Source: an uncultured Mycoplasmatota bacterium
Lineage (GTDB): Bacteria; Bacillota_I; Bacilli_A; RF39; UBA660
Assembly: GCA_947426265.1 (NCBI GenBank)
Contig: CANEDJ010000003.1
Span: forward strand, 1-57,845
Length of the DNA: 57,845 nt
Reading direction: 5' to 3'
A program made the translations under genes and the position numbers. The stretch's first letter is position 1; each line of letters opens with the position of its first letter. The notes under the pieces are model-generated. The model made no database searches, had not been told where the DNA came from, and saw only the letters and a program-made list of their open reading frames with translations. This document shows, piece after piece, positions 47,938-57,831 of this stretch.

Positions 47938-48750
47938 TTAAAAAATAACCATTCCGATTACAATTAATGCAAGTATGATACGATACCACATAAAAATTTT
48001 AAAGTCATGTTTCCTTAAATATTTTAATAAAAACTCAATACATAATAGTCCTGCAATAAAAGCAACTAAAATCCCTATTATGAAGATATTCGTATTGGCT
48101 CCTATCACTTGCCATGTTTCACTTTTTAACAAATGTAAAGTGACAGCTCCTAAGACAACTGGGGCAGATAAATAAAAGGAAAATTTTGCTGCATCTTCTC
48201 TATTTAATTTTAATGTTCTAGCAGCAGCAATGGTTGTTCCACTTCTAGAAAATCCTGGGATGAGAGCAAATACTTGAGCACAACCAATGATAACAGCTTC
48301 TTTTAAACTCATCTTTTCAATAGAGTTTGTCTGTTTTGATACTTTGTCAGCAAAATAAATGATAATTCCCATAATTGCTAAAGCGAGTGCGATTAAAATG
48401 TAGTTACTTCTAATTGCATTTTCTATCAGATCTTCAAAAAGAACTCCTACAATGGCAGCTGGTATGGTTGCAAAAACCAAAAACCATAGAATTTTTCCTT
48501 CTTTATCATGGATTCCTTTGGTAAATCCTTTTATAATCATTTGAATAAAATCTTTAAAGAAATAAATTCCAATGGCAAGTAATGTTCCTAAATGGAGTGC
48601 GATATCTAAACAGAGTGCTACATTTTCATGAATTCCATCCCCTATTCCGAATATATCCCTAAAAATAATGAGATGGGCAGATGAAGAAATTGGTAGGAAT
48701 TCTGCAATTCCCTGAACAATTCCCAAAATAACAATTTCAAATATTCCCAT
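47938..48750 (-). CDS. uppP: undecaprenyl-diphosphate phosphatase
   Basis: GIVQGIAEFLPISSSAHL..., PGFSRSGTTIAA; the TTG at 48765 lies inside the SD, so ATG 48750 is preferred. Confidence 0.92.
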   Translation of the reverse strand: MGIFEIVILGIVQGIAEFLPISSSAHLIIFRDIFGIGDGIHENVALCLDIALHLGTLLAIGIYFFKDFIQMIIKGFTKGIHDKEGKILWFLVFATIPAAIVGVLFEDLIENAIRSNYILIALALAIMGIIIYFADKVSKQTNSIEKMSLKEAVIIGCAQVFALIPGFSRSGTTIAAARTLKLNREDAAKFSFYLSAPVVLGAVTLHLLKSETWQVIGANTNIFIIGILVAFIAGLLCIEFLLKYLRKHDFKIFMWYRIILALIVIGMVIF

Positions 48751-48815
48751 AACTTGTTCCTCCAATTCTAATAATCATTATATCAGTTTTTGATGCAATT
48801 TAGAAGCTTTAGAAG

Positions 48816-49496
48816 CTAAGAATTTAAATTCATCGGTTCATTGATAAACTCTTTGTCTTCTCTTAATAATTCGTGCATATATTCTTCTTCATTTTTTAAG
48901 GATACTTCTTCGATTCTATCTACTCTACATTTTTCTGCTTTGATAATAGAAAGAACTTTGTCTGCTGCTGTTGTTAACTCATCATTGACAACAACATAAT
49001 TATATTTTGTTACCTCATTGATTTCTTTGTAAGCAATTTTAAACCGTTCTAATATTTTTTCTTTGGTGTCTGTTCCTCTATTTTCAAGTCTTCTTTTTAA
49101 TTCTTTCAAAGAGGGAGGCATGATAAAAATGCAAAGTGCTTCAGGTATTTGTTTTTTGACATTCATTGCTCCTTCGATTTCAATTTCTAAGATGACATCC
49201 TGTCCTTTATCCAAGTGTTCTTGAATTTGTGCTTTTGGTGTACCATAATAATTTCCAGCATAATTGGTATACTCTAAAAAATAGTTTTCTTTTAATTTTT
49301 CTTCGAATTCTTCTTTTGATATAAAATAATAGGTGACTCCTTCTTGGTCGTTGGTTCGTGGTTTTCTAGTGGTTGCTGAAATAGAGACCCAAAGGTTTTC
49401 ACTTTGATGAAGCATTTCTTTGATAACAGAGCCTTTCCCTGCACCAGAAGGTGCTGAAATAATAATTAAAATTCCTTGTTTTTTTGATTTTATCAC
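48816..49496 (-). CDS. gmk: guanylate kinase
   Basis: GILIIISAPSGAGKGS, TTRKPRTNDQEGVTYYFIS, YGT; GTG start with GGGAGGGG SD. Confidence 0.93.
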   Translation of the reverse strand: MIKSKKQGILIIISAPSGAGKGSVIKEMLHQSENLWVSISATTRKPRTNDQEGVTYYFISKEEFEEKLKENYFLEYTNYAGNYYGTPKAQIQEHLDKGQDVILEIEIEGAMNVKKQIPEALCIFIMPPSLKELKRRLENRGTDTKEKILERFKIAYKEINEVTKYNYVVVNDELTTAADKVLSIIKAEKCRVDRIEEVSLKNEEEYMHELLREDKEFINEPMNLNS

Positions 49497-49549
49497 AATA
49501 ATTCCCCTCCCTTTGTTATCACATTATAACATATTTTATAGAAAAAGAA

Positions 49550-50440
49550 CTAAAAAAGTTCTAATTGCGTTTGTTCTTTTCCTTTTGGAACATATTTTTG
49601 ATAATTTCGATTCACTTGATATTCTTTTTCTAACTGATTTAAAAGTTTGAATAGTTGTATTTTATATTCTTTCATCTTGTTTTTCTGATGATATAAGTTC
49701 CATAGTTTCTGATGCTTTTCAGGAAAGGATGTCAAAATAAATTGAAAAAAGTCTGTTCTTGTAATTCCTCTTAAATTTAGTAAGCCAGTTATCATATAGT
49801 CAACTTTGCATTTAGAAGCCACTTCAAAAATGTTTTTTAAATTGCTTCTAGTAGCTGTGATATAAGGTATGATTGGCATCAAATGCCAACCGACAGTTAG
49901 CCCTTCTTCCCTCAGTTTTTGAATGGTTTCAATTCGTTTTTTTACTGTGGATGCATTTGGTTCTATGATACTTGCTAAATTTTGGTCTAAGGTTGTAATG
50001 GTACAAGCAATTTGTACACCAGCTACTTTTGATAGTTCTTTTAATAAATCAATATCTCTTAAAATGAGAGATGATTTTGTACTGATAATGGCAGGTGTTT
50101 TATATTTGATTAAAAGTTTTAATATTTCTGGCATTAATTTCATTTCTTTTTCAATCGGTTGATAGCTATCTGTGATGCCACCAAGGTTGATGACATCTCG
50201 CTTCCAACTTTTGCTACTTAATTTCTTTTCTAATTCTTCTACAATGTTTTCTTTGATATAAATGTGGTTAAAAAATTGATTGTCTTCTAAGTAGCGATGA
50301 GAATATTTGGCAAAGCAATAAACACAATGATGTTCACAACCACGATATATGTTCAAATCATAATGGTATGGCAAAAAACTATTAATTTTATTTAATGCGC
50401 TTTTACATGTTATTGTTTGATAACTAAATTTATCGCTCAT
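49550..50440 (-). CDS. radical SAM protein of the SPL / DNA-photolyase-like (COG1533) type
   Basis: CEHHCVYC (CxxxCxxC) after YRGC; GGTGA SD before ATG 50440. Confidence 0.8.
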   Translation of the reverse strand: MSDKFSYQTITCKSALNKINSFLPYHYDLNIYRGCEHHCVYCFAKYSHRYLEDNQFFNHIYIKENIVEELEKKLSSKSWKRDVINLGGITDSYQPIEKEMKLMPEILKLLIKYKTPAIISTKSSLILRDIDLLKELSKVAGVQIACTITTLDQNLASIIEPNASTVKKRIETIQKLREEGLTVGWHLMPIIPYITATRSNLKNIFEVASKCKVDYMITGLLNLRGITRTDFFQFILTSFPEKHQKLWNLYHQKNKMKEYKIQLFKLLNQLEKEYQVNRNYQKYVPKGKEQTQLELF

Positions 50441-50488
50441 AAATATCACCATATTTATTATATAACCAACATAGGTTCTACGCAATGG

Positions 50489-51148
50489 CTATTTTATTGT
50501 TTTTTGGTATTGTGAGATAATTGGATTCCTTTCAAAATCTTCAAGCAGTTTTGCTAATAAATCATAACTTAATTGAGGAGCAGCGATAACCTTATGTTTT
50601 ATTTTGTTGATATCTAGAAATGTAAAACCTGGGATACAACATTCTAATATTAAGGTGCGAAATTGTTTCAATAGTATTTGTAATTGTTCTGGAGATTTTA
50701 GGTGGTGGCAATTGTTACCATCTATATCAATGATTTGTACCTCTTCTTCTTTTGTTATCACGATGTTGTCTTGAAATAAATCGTCTAAAATGAGATTCTG
50801 TTTTGTAAGTTCCTGTAAGTTTCTGCTTAATTCTTTTAATTTTTGAATTTTAAAAGGAAGTGGTCTGGTAAAGATGGTTTCAAAAGAAGAGGCATCAAAT
50901 GGATGTAAAACCGCCCCTATAAATTGAGTATTAAAATAAATTGCTCCTAGAGGTAATTGAGTGTGTTTGATTTTTGGTTGAAATGAGATAATTTCTTCTA
51001 ATCTAATGTCACTATAAGAGTATGGATTATGATAAAGTTTATAAAGGCGAGAACCTACTTTATATAAATTCCCTTCACTCCCACCAAAATCTGGTTTCTT
51101 AGATAATAATTCCATGTATTCTTCATTAGAAAGTATCACTTTTTCCAC
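50489..51148 (-). CDS. hypothetical 219-aa protein with minimal protein-kinase-like motifs
   Basis: GGSEGNLYKV (Gly-rich loop), LYKLY (Lys), LDDLFQDNIVI (DLxxxN catalytic loop), IIDIDG (DFG-like); GTG start with AAGGGGGA SD. Confidence 0.55.
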   Translation of the reverse strand: MEKVILSNEEYMELLSKKPDFGGSEGNLYKVGSRLYKLYHNPYSYSDIRLEEIISFQPKIKHTQLPLGAIYFNTQFIGAVLHPFDASSFETIFTRPLPFKIQKLKELSRNLQELTKQNLILDDLFQDNIVITKEEEVQIIDIDGNNCHHLKSPEQLQILLKQFRTLILECCIPGFTFLDINKIKHKVIAAPQLSYDLLAKLLEDFERNPIISQYQKTIK

Positions 51149-51212
51149 TTTTTATCCCCCTTTTTTGGAACGCTATTGTATCAATAATTATGGAGTTTGT
51201 CAAAACCTATTT

Positions 51213-51241
51213 TTGACTATTTTATTCTTTTATTATATGAT
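51213..51241 (+). promoter_or_regulatory. sigma-A type promoter
   Basis: TTGACT-17 nt-TATGAT. Confidence 0.55.
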
Positions 51242-51264
51242 ATATAGGAATTGGAGTTGGTAGT

Positions 51265-52563
51265 ATGCTTGCAAAAAGTATTAATGCAACTACCCTACTA
51301 TTAAATGGGATTACATTTATTGTTTTGGGAATTTGTTTATTTTTTATCAATCATTTGACTTTGAAAATCCTGCTTTTCATTTTTGGAGGATTGACTATTT
51401 TATTTGGTGTTTTTTCTATTTTAAAATTGTTATGGGAAAAGCAAGTAAAAAATGCTTGGATGTCCATTTTAAATGGAGTACAAGATATCATTATCGGTAT
51501 TTTAATATTCTCTTTTTCTGATTTTATTCTACATAGCTTAGGAGTTTGCTTTGGACTTTATTTGCTCCTTCATACCATAATTAATAGTATTGAATATTTT
51601 ATTTATAGGAAATATCAAATTAAAGGAAGACTCCGCATTATTTTAAATATTTTGGTTTTAATTTTATTTTTAATTCCTTTATTATTTAATATGGAACAAA
51701 ATATTCAAGTGACTTCTATTATTTTGGGTATTTATTTAATCAGTTATGGTTTTACTAAAATTACTGATTTTTTTACCATTTTGATTCCTAAGAGGACTAC
51801 AAATAAAATTAAGCAGCAAATTCAAATTCCTCTTCCTGTGATTTTGAATGCTTTTATTCCAAGGCGATTAATTACTTTGGTAAATGAAATGTTGGTAGTT
51901 GAAAATGACGGGTTTAGTTATCAAAAGCAATCTGTTGCTCCAGATATTTATGTTTTGATTCATCTAGCAAAAGGTGGAACTGCAGCAATGGGACATATGG
52001 AAATCGCATTTGAAGGGAAAATTTATTCATATGGAAATTATGATATGCATTCAAGGAGCTTATTTGATGCAGTTGGAGATGGAGTTATTTTAGTCGCTGA
52101 TAAAGAAAAATATATTGCGTATATGATAGAAAAAAAAGACCGTTATTTAGTAGAATTTGGCCTTACTTTAACCAATAAAGAGAAAAAGGTTGTAAAAGAA
52201 CAAATCGAAAAATTGGTTTCTACTGCTACAGTTCCCTATTTTTCTGATTTTGAATTAGCAGAAAAAGAGTTACTTCCAAAAGGAAATTATCAGGATATGT
52301 CCAGTGAAATTTATAAGTATGCTAATGGAAAGTTTTATAAAATTACAAAAGGAAAATATAGAAAATTTTTTGTATTAAAAACAAACTGTGCAATGGTAGC
52401 TCAATATGTTTTAAGTTCTATTGGAAAACAGATTTTGTGTGTAAATGGAATTATTACTCCAGGAGCTTATTATGATTATTTAAATGCCCGCTTTAAGTTA
52501 AAAAATACCAATGTGATTAGTAGAAAAGTTTATACAAAAAAAGATTTTAATGATGTCAAGTAG
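51265..52563 (+). CDS. membrane protein: HdeD/DUF308-like 6-TM N-terminal half plus ~230-aa soluble domain
   Basis: Repeated GxxxxxxG-type TM pairs; soluble domain with His (AMGHMEIAF) then Cys (KTNCAMVAQYV). Confidence 0.65.
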   Translation: MLAKSINATTLLLNGITFIVLGICLFFINHLTLKILLFIFGGLTILFGVFSILKLLWEKQVKNAWMSILNGVQDIIIGILIFSFSDFILHSLGVCFGLYLLLHTIINSIEYFIYRKYQIKGRLRIILNILVLILFLIPLLFNMEQNIQVTSIILGIYLISYGFTKITDFFTILIPKRTTNKIKQQIQIPLPVILNAFIPRRLITLVNEMLVVENDGFSYQKQSVAPDIYVLIHLAKGGTAAMGHMEIAFEGKIYSYGNYDMHSRSLFDAVGDGVILVADKEKYIAYMIEKKDRYLVEFGLTLTNKEKKVVKEQIEKLVSTATVPYFSDFELAEKELLPKGNYQDMSSEIYKYANGKFYKITKGKYRKFFVLKTNCAMVAQYVLSSIGKQILCVNGIITPGAYYDYLNARFKLKNTNVISRKVYTKKDFNDVK

Positions 52564-52603
52564 ATAATACTGAAAAAATAGAGATGATACGTTTAAACGA
52601 AAA

Positions 52604-52623
52604 AACAAGATTAAAGTCTTGTT
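52604..52623. terminator. putative bidirectional terminator between convergent genes
   Basis: AACAAGA-TTAAAG-TCTTGTT with A-run upstream and a short T-run downstream. Confidence 0.5.
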
Positions 52624-54027
52624 TTAATTTGCAACTCTATGATGAATTTCTGGAGTACTCATTGTAATTTTCTCAAATGTGTAACCATTATTTTTTCCAT
52701 ACCTAATAATTTTTCTAATTGCATTTAATGTTTTATAGTTTCCATTAAAATCATGCATTAAAACGATATTATTTTTATTTCTTAAGTTTTTGATAACGTT
52801 GTTATAAACTTCATCTGATGTACGTGCTTCTCCTGCATCTCCACTTCCTACATTCCAATCAAAATAATGAAATCCTTTTAATCTTACTTCCTTTGTTAAA
52901 GTTGTCATTATTCCAGGGTTAAATCTACTGACTGTGTTTGAACTTCCTCCTGGAAAACGAATTATCATTGGTTTTTGTCCTGTAATTCGTTCTACTTTCT
53001 TTTGGATTATTTCTAAATCTGTAAAAAAAGCATTGGAAGAACTATAGATTTGTTTATAATTGTGGCTACTACCATGAAGTGCGACTGTATGTCCTTCTTC
53101 ATATTCTCGTTTTATTAAATAGTCCAATTCTGAACTATGATTTAAAATAAAGAAAGTTGCTTTTACATTTTCTTCTTTTAAGATATCTAAAAGCTCTGGT
53201 GTAATAGAAGCACTTGGACCATCATCAAAAGTAAGATAGATAACTTTTCCATTTGATGGTTTTTGTCCCAAAACAACAACTTTTCGACTTATTTTTGTAG
53301 TATTAGAAGAACTATCTGTTACTTCATAAGTAACTTCATAGGTTCCTATTTTGTGAGTATCTAAATTCGATTTTACGTTTACTTTTTTTGTAATATCTCC
53401 ATCACAATTATCGGTTGCTTGATATCCAGGCTCTTGATAAGTTTCTCCGATGTAAAGGGAATAAGCATTCCCATCATTTAATGTAATAACAGGTGCATCT
53501 TTATCCTGATATTGAATTTCTCTTTTTATGAAAGAAAAGTTTCCAGATTTGTCTTTGACTGAATAAAGTATATGGTCTTTATTATTTTTGACAATGACAT
53601 CTTTTGTTAAATCCCCATCATAATTATCCACGCTTGTATACCCTTCTTCTTCATATTTGCTTCTTGGACAAATAATTGCAGGATTAGAGCCTTTTAGTGT
53701 AAGTGTAGGCGGTGTTTGGTCTAAAACGGATACATAACGAATTTTCTGATAGGCTTGTCCATTATAATGAATTTTATAAATTACTTTATAGGTCCCTATT
53801 TTTTTGGTATTGATGTTATTTTCAATTACTACTTTATTGGTCATATCCAAATATACTCTGTGAGCATGATATCCTGGTTCTTCATAGGTATCGTTTAGAT
53901 TTAGAATGAGATTTCCTTTTTCTAATGTGATAGTTGGAATGATGTTTGCAATGATGATAATAAAAAAGTCGGTAAAAAGTAGTATGATGGCAAGTGTAAA
54001 TAACCATTTTTCTTCTTTTTCCATCAT
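52624..54027 (-). CDS. membrane-anchored polysaccharide/peptidoglycan deacetylase (CE4 NodB domain) with two Ig-like repeats
   Basis: TM anchor; two repeats (YEEPGY...KKIGTYKVIY / YQEPGY...HKIGTYEVTY); NodB motifs TFDDGP, HGSSH, LMHD. Confidence 0.88.
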   Translation of the reverse strand: MMEKEEKWLFTLAIILLFTDFFIIIIANIIPTITLEKGNLILNLNDTYEEPGYHAHRVYLDMTNKVVIENNINTKKIGTYKVIYKIHYNGQAYQKIRYVSVLDQTPPTLTLKGSNPAIICPRSKYEEEGYTSVDNYDGDLTKDVIVKNNKDHILYSVKDKSGNFSFIKREIQYQDKDAPVITLNDGNAYSLYIGETYQEPGYQATDNCDGDITKKVNVKSNLDTHKIGTYEVTYEVTDSSSNTTKISRKVVVLGQKPSNGKVIYLTFDDGPSASITPELLDILKEENVKATFFILNHSSELDYLIKREYEEGHTVALHGSSHNYKQIYSSSNAFFTDLEIIQKKVERITGQKPMIIRFPGGSSNTVSRFNPGIMTTLTKEVRLKGFHYFDWNVGSGDAGEARTSDEVYNNVIKNLRNKNNIVLMHDFNGNYKTLNAIRKIIRYGKNNGYTFEKITMSTPEIHHRVAN

Positions 54028-54040
54028 ACATCACCAACCT

Positions 54041-54868
54041 TTATTCATCATAATTATCTAAAAAAGAGTGTTTTTCTCCGTCTTTTCGATAAGCGATTAC
54101 GGCGTCTAAGTTAACATTTTCGATACTTCTAAAAATATTGATGTCTACATAATCGCTTTTTTTTCGGAATTCATGAATCAAAGCTTTCATTTCTAATCGT
54201 TTTGAAAGACTTGGGTCCACTTTTTCTGTATGTTCTGTAAACCTGCAAGCACAGTTTAAAAACTCTAGATGATTGCTGTTTTTCCATGAAATGATATCGT
54301 GTTCTTTTACATAATAAAGAGGTCTTATTAGTTCCATTCCTTCAAAATTTTCACTATGAAGTTTTGGCATCATTGTTTTGATTTCCCCGCCATAGAACAT
54401 AGAAAGTAATATGGTTTCAATGGCATCATCAAAATGGTGTCCTAAAGCAATTTTATTACATCCGAGCTCTTTTGCTTTGCTATATAAAGAACCTCTTCTC
54501 ATTCTTGCACATAAATAGCAAGGATTTCCTTCTGTTAATCCATTTACAGAATCAAAAATATTACTTTCAAAAATGATAATTGGAAGATTCATTTTCTTGG
54601 CATTTTCTATAATTAGCTCCCTATTTTTTTTGTTATACCCAGGGTCCATTACAATAAACTCTAATTCAAAGTTTATTTTTCCATGTCTTTTAATTTCCTG
54701 CATACATTTTGCTAATAAAAAAGAGTCTTTTCCTCCAGAAATACAGACTGCGATTTTATCATTTTCTTTGATTAATTCATAGTCTGTAACGGCCCTAACA
54801 AATCTTCCCCATATTTTTTTTCGATATTTTTTAATGATGCTTTTTTCTATTTCTTTATATTCTTCCAT
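54041..54868 (-). CDS. ttcA: PP-loop ATPase, TtcA-like tRNA 2-thiocytidine biosynthesis protein
   Basis: SGGKDS PP-loop, CYLCARMRRG, ALGHHFDD. Confidence 0.82.
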   Translation of the reverse strand: MEEYKEIEKSIIKKYRKKIWGRFVRAVTDYELIKENDKIAVCISGGKDSFLLAKCMQEIKRHGKINFELEFIVMDPGYNKKNRELIIENAKKMNLPIIIFESNIFDSVNGLTEGNPCYLCARMRRGSLYSKAKELGCNKIALGHHFDDAIETILLSMFYGGEIKTMMPKLHSENFEGMELIRPLYYVKEHDIISWKNSNHLEFLNCACRFTEHTEKVDPSLSKRLEMKALIHEFRKKSDYVDINIFRSIENVNLDAVIAYRKDGEKHSFLDNYDE

Positions 54869-54877
54869 AAATAACCT

Positions 54878-55531
54878 CTAACATTCTTTGTTACATACAT
54901 CTCCTAAGATAGTATGCATATATTCGCTATATATCAAAGCCAACTCTTTTTCTTCTTCTTTGGTTAAGTCTGTATTTGGATTGGCTTTTCTTGTATGGCA
55001 ACCAATAATTTCTCCGTCTTTTATGAAAACAACTGTTGGAAAATATAAACGTTTTATTGTTTCGTTTTTTAAACCCTCATAAATGGGTAGATGTGGTTCT
55101 AAAACATCTAAGAGTTGATAGTATTCTTTGGTTCCTTCTTTCTCTGTTACGATTTCCCCATTTATATCTAAATGTTTTGTATCTCTTATTTCGGTTGCAT
55201 TTAAATAATAAATGGTTTCAATTCCTACCATGTTGGCTGTATTCAGCAATGTTTCTATGATACTTCTACTTAAAAAGTCATCTGGAGCACCAAAATAGAT
55301 AATTGCTGTTCCCTCTTTTAGCAAATGTAAGACTTCTTCTATATTGGAATATTGAATGGCATTATCTTCTGGTATGAAAACCTTTTGATAAGTGTTACTT
55401 CCTATTGTTTTTCCGTTTAAAGTCTCATATTCTTCTTTAAAAATAATTGCGTCTGTTTTCTTTTTTTCTTCTTTATTACAACCTGATACAATTGATACTA
55501 TTATGATTAAAATTAATACAGCTTTTTTCAT
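54878..55531 (-). CDS. putative lipoprotein (possibly thioredoxin-fold, no CxxC)
   Basis: MKKAVLILIIIVSIVSG|C lipobox; ATG 55531. Confidence 0.55.
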   Translation of the reverse strand: MKKAVLILIIIVSIVSGCNKEEKKKTDAIIFKEEYETLNGKTIGSNTYQKVFIPEDNAIQYSNIEEVLHLLKEGTAIIYFGAPDDFLSRSIIETLLNTANMVGIETIYYLNATEIRDTKHLDINGEIVTEKEGTKEYYQLLDVLEPHLPIYEGLKNETIKRLYFPTVVFIKDGEIIGCHTRKANPNTDLTKEEEKELALIYSEYMHTILGDVCNKEC

Positions 55532-55681
55532 ATTTTCACGAACCCATTCCACAAACATTATACGGAAAAAGTAGTTTATGGTCAATAGAAAAAGAAATCA
55601 TAAGCTTATTTTTAGAAATATCATGATTTTTATAAATGATTCAATAAAAAAATCGTTTCTAATTATAGAAACGAATGTTAA

Positions 55682-55993
55682 TTATCTATTTTTATTAATC
55701 CAATCTTCTAACATTGGTTTTGGCATAAATCCATGCTCTGTAGAAACTGCTTCTCCATTTTTAAATAGCATTAAAGTAGGAACACTCATAATCGCATATT
55801 TTTTAGAAAGCTCTGGACATTCATCAACGTCCATTTTTACAATTTTCACATCTGCTCTTTCGCTTGCCATTTCTTCTAAAACTGGTCCTAACATTTTACA
55901 AGGCCCACACCAAGTAGCAAAAAAATCTACTAAGACAAGCTCATCATGAATTAAGTTTTCAAATTCATTTTCATTTCCATGAATGATTTCCAT
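55682..55993 (-). CDS. trxA: thioredoxin
   Basis: VDFFATWCGPCKML active site; 103 aa. Confidence 0.95.
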   Translation of the reverse strand: MEIIHGNENEFENLIHDELVLVDFFATWCGPCKMLGPVLEEMASERADVKIVKMDVDECPELSKKYAIMSVPTLMLFKNGEAVSTEHGFMPKPMLEDWINKNR

Positions 55994-56727
55994 TATTCTG
56001 TCGCCTCTTTTCTATATTTATTTAATACACTATCTACATTGTCAATCACCAATTGGTTTTTTTCAATCAGTCTATCAACAGAAGATAGTTTTACAATATC
56101 ATATTTTAAGAATAAATCCAATGTTTCTAGATTGAATTCTGTTGCACTTTCTGCTACTTCGTATTTTTCTTTTAAAGATGCGAATTCATCAATTACTTTC
56201 ATACTACTATTTACCATATTTGACAAAATAGGAGTCGATTTTAAAATTGTGTTAGCATATTTTGATTCTTGTACTGCTTTGATATGAAACATTGGTAACA
56301 TTAATACATAAAGAATAATAAATGTAATTACAAAATATTCGATAATACCAATCAATGCTCCCAATAGTTTTGATGGAATTCCAAGTACAATTGTTGCCTT
56401 TAAAATTGCTTCAAACAGTGTTGTTGCAAGCATCAATACTTTTAGCGCAACCATCAAAATTGTAAACACTACTAAAAAAGCAATTACTTCATATAGCAAA
56501 ATGTTTAAGACAGTAACTCCTTTTAATATCCCGCCAAATTTAAAAAATGGCAAATGTTCATATAAAAATACAGAAACTGGATTTTTTAGGAAGAATGATA
56601 AGACAACAACAAGAATTAATCCCAAACAAGAAACCAATTGCTTTGTTGCTCCCCTTTTCCATCCAATTGCTACCCCTGATAAAATGAATACAATGATAAT
56701 GATATCAACTAAATTCAAATTAACCAT
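55993..56727 (-). CDS. cvpA: CvpA-family membrane protein
   Basis: NLVDIIIIVFILSGVAIGWKRGATKQL N-terminus, 4 TM segments; stop overlaps the trxA start by 1 nt. Confidence 0.82.
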   Translation of the reverse strand: MVNLNLVDIIIIVFILSGVAIGWKRGATKQLVSCLGLILVVVLSFFLKNPVSVFLYEHLPFFKFGGILKGVTVLNILLYEVIAFLVVFTILMVALKVLMLATTLFEAILKATIVLGIPSKLLGALIGIIEYFVITFIILYVLMLPMFHIKAVQESKYANTILKSTPILSNMVNSSMKVIDEFASLKEKYEVAESATEFNLETLDLFLKYDIVKLSSVDRLIEKNQLVIDNVDSVLNKYRKEATE

Positions 56728-56818
56728 TCCCTTCTATTAGAATTATATTATAAATTTGTCGAAAAAGAAAGAATTTTCTTGGATTTATGGTAAAATAACA
56801 ATATAGGAGGCATAAATT

Positions 56819-57781
56819 ATGACAATTACATTAAAAGTTAGTGAAAATACAAAAAAGAAAATGATAGAATATTTTGAAGATAAAAAACGTTTAAAAACGC
56901 CACCTTATGCAGTTTTTCAAGCAGACGAATCAGATACTGTTGTTACACTTTATGAGTCTGGGAAAGCGGTTTTTCAAGGTACGAGTGCGGATATAGATGC
57001 TGCTATGTGGAAAGAAATGGAACAACATTTAAACCCATTAAAGCAAGTAGAAATGACAAATAGTGAACAAAAAGAGAAGAAAGAAAAAAAAGAAATTATG
57101 ATTGACCCGAATATTTATTATGCTTCTTCTATTGGCTCAGATGAAGTTGGAACTGGAGATTATTTTGGGCCTATGGTTGTGACAGCTGCTTATATTAAGA
57201 AAGAAGATATTCCTTTTCTAGAAGAATTAGGAGTAAAAGATTCTAAAAAATTGACAGATGATAAAATTCTAGATATTGTTCCAAAATTAATCAAAAGAAT
57301 TACATACCATTCTATTGTTTTATCAAACAAAGAATATAATGAACGATATAGTTCTGATGTTAATATGAACAAAATAAAAGCAATTATGCATAATAAAGCA
57401 TTGTTTGAATTGGTTCAAAAAAATTTAGGACAGGAATATATTGTAGTGGATGAATTTGCGAAACCAGGTGTTTATTTTCATTATTTAAAAGGTGTTCCTA
57501 ATGTCGTTCGGAATATCACTTTTATGACAAAAGGAGAAGATAAATGTCTATCTGTTGCTTGTGCTTCTTTGATTAGTAGATATATTTTTATTGGAGAATT
57601 TGATAAACTAGGAGATTCATTGGGCGTCTTTTTACCAAAAGGAGCAAGTGATGTGGTGGATGAAATGGGAGTTAAAATCGCCACTCAATTTGGATTTGGA
57701 AAATTGAAAGAATGTGCGAAATTAAATTTTAAAAATACAGGAAAAATTCAAAGTATATTACAAAAAAAACAAGGACTATAA
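56819..57781 (+). CDS. rnhC: ribonuclease HIII
   Basis: N-terminal TBP-like domain (AVFQADESDTVVTLYESGKAVFQG), catalytic GSDEVGTGDYFGP; divergent from cvpA as in Bacillus. Confidence 0.92.
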   Translation: MTITLKVSENTKKKMIEYFEDKKRLKTPPYAVFQADESDTVVTLYESGKAVFQGTSADIDAAMWKEMEQHLNPLKQVEMTNSEQKEKKEKKEIMIDPNIYYASSIGSDEVGTGDYFGPMVVTAAYIKKEDIPFLEELGVKDSKKLTDDKILDIVPKLIKRITYHSIVLSNKEYNERYSSDVNMNKIKAIMHNKALFELVQKNLGQEYIVVDEFAKPGVYFHYLKGVPNVVRNITFMTKGEDKCLSVACASLISRYIFIGEFDKLGDSLGVFLPKGASDVVDEMGVKIATQFGFGKLKECAKLNFKNTGKIQSILQKKQGL

Positions 57782-57794
57782 AAGTTCTTGTTTC

Positions 57795-57831
57795 AGACTG
57801 TTGACAAATAATTTCTTGTGAACAGTCTTTT
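57795..57831 (+). terminator. possible terminator of rnhC
   Basis: 8-bp stem AGACTGTT/AACAGTCT but an 18-nt loop and only a short T-run. Confidence 0.4.

Noticed and set aside
55578-55949. 123-aa plus-strand ORF opposite trxA
   Set aside because: A shadow of the unambiguous thioredoxin gene (WCGPC).
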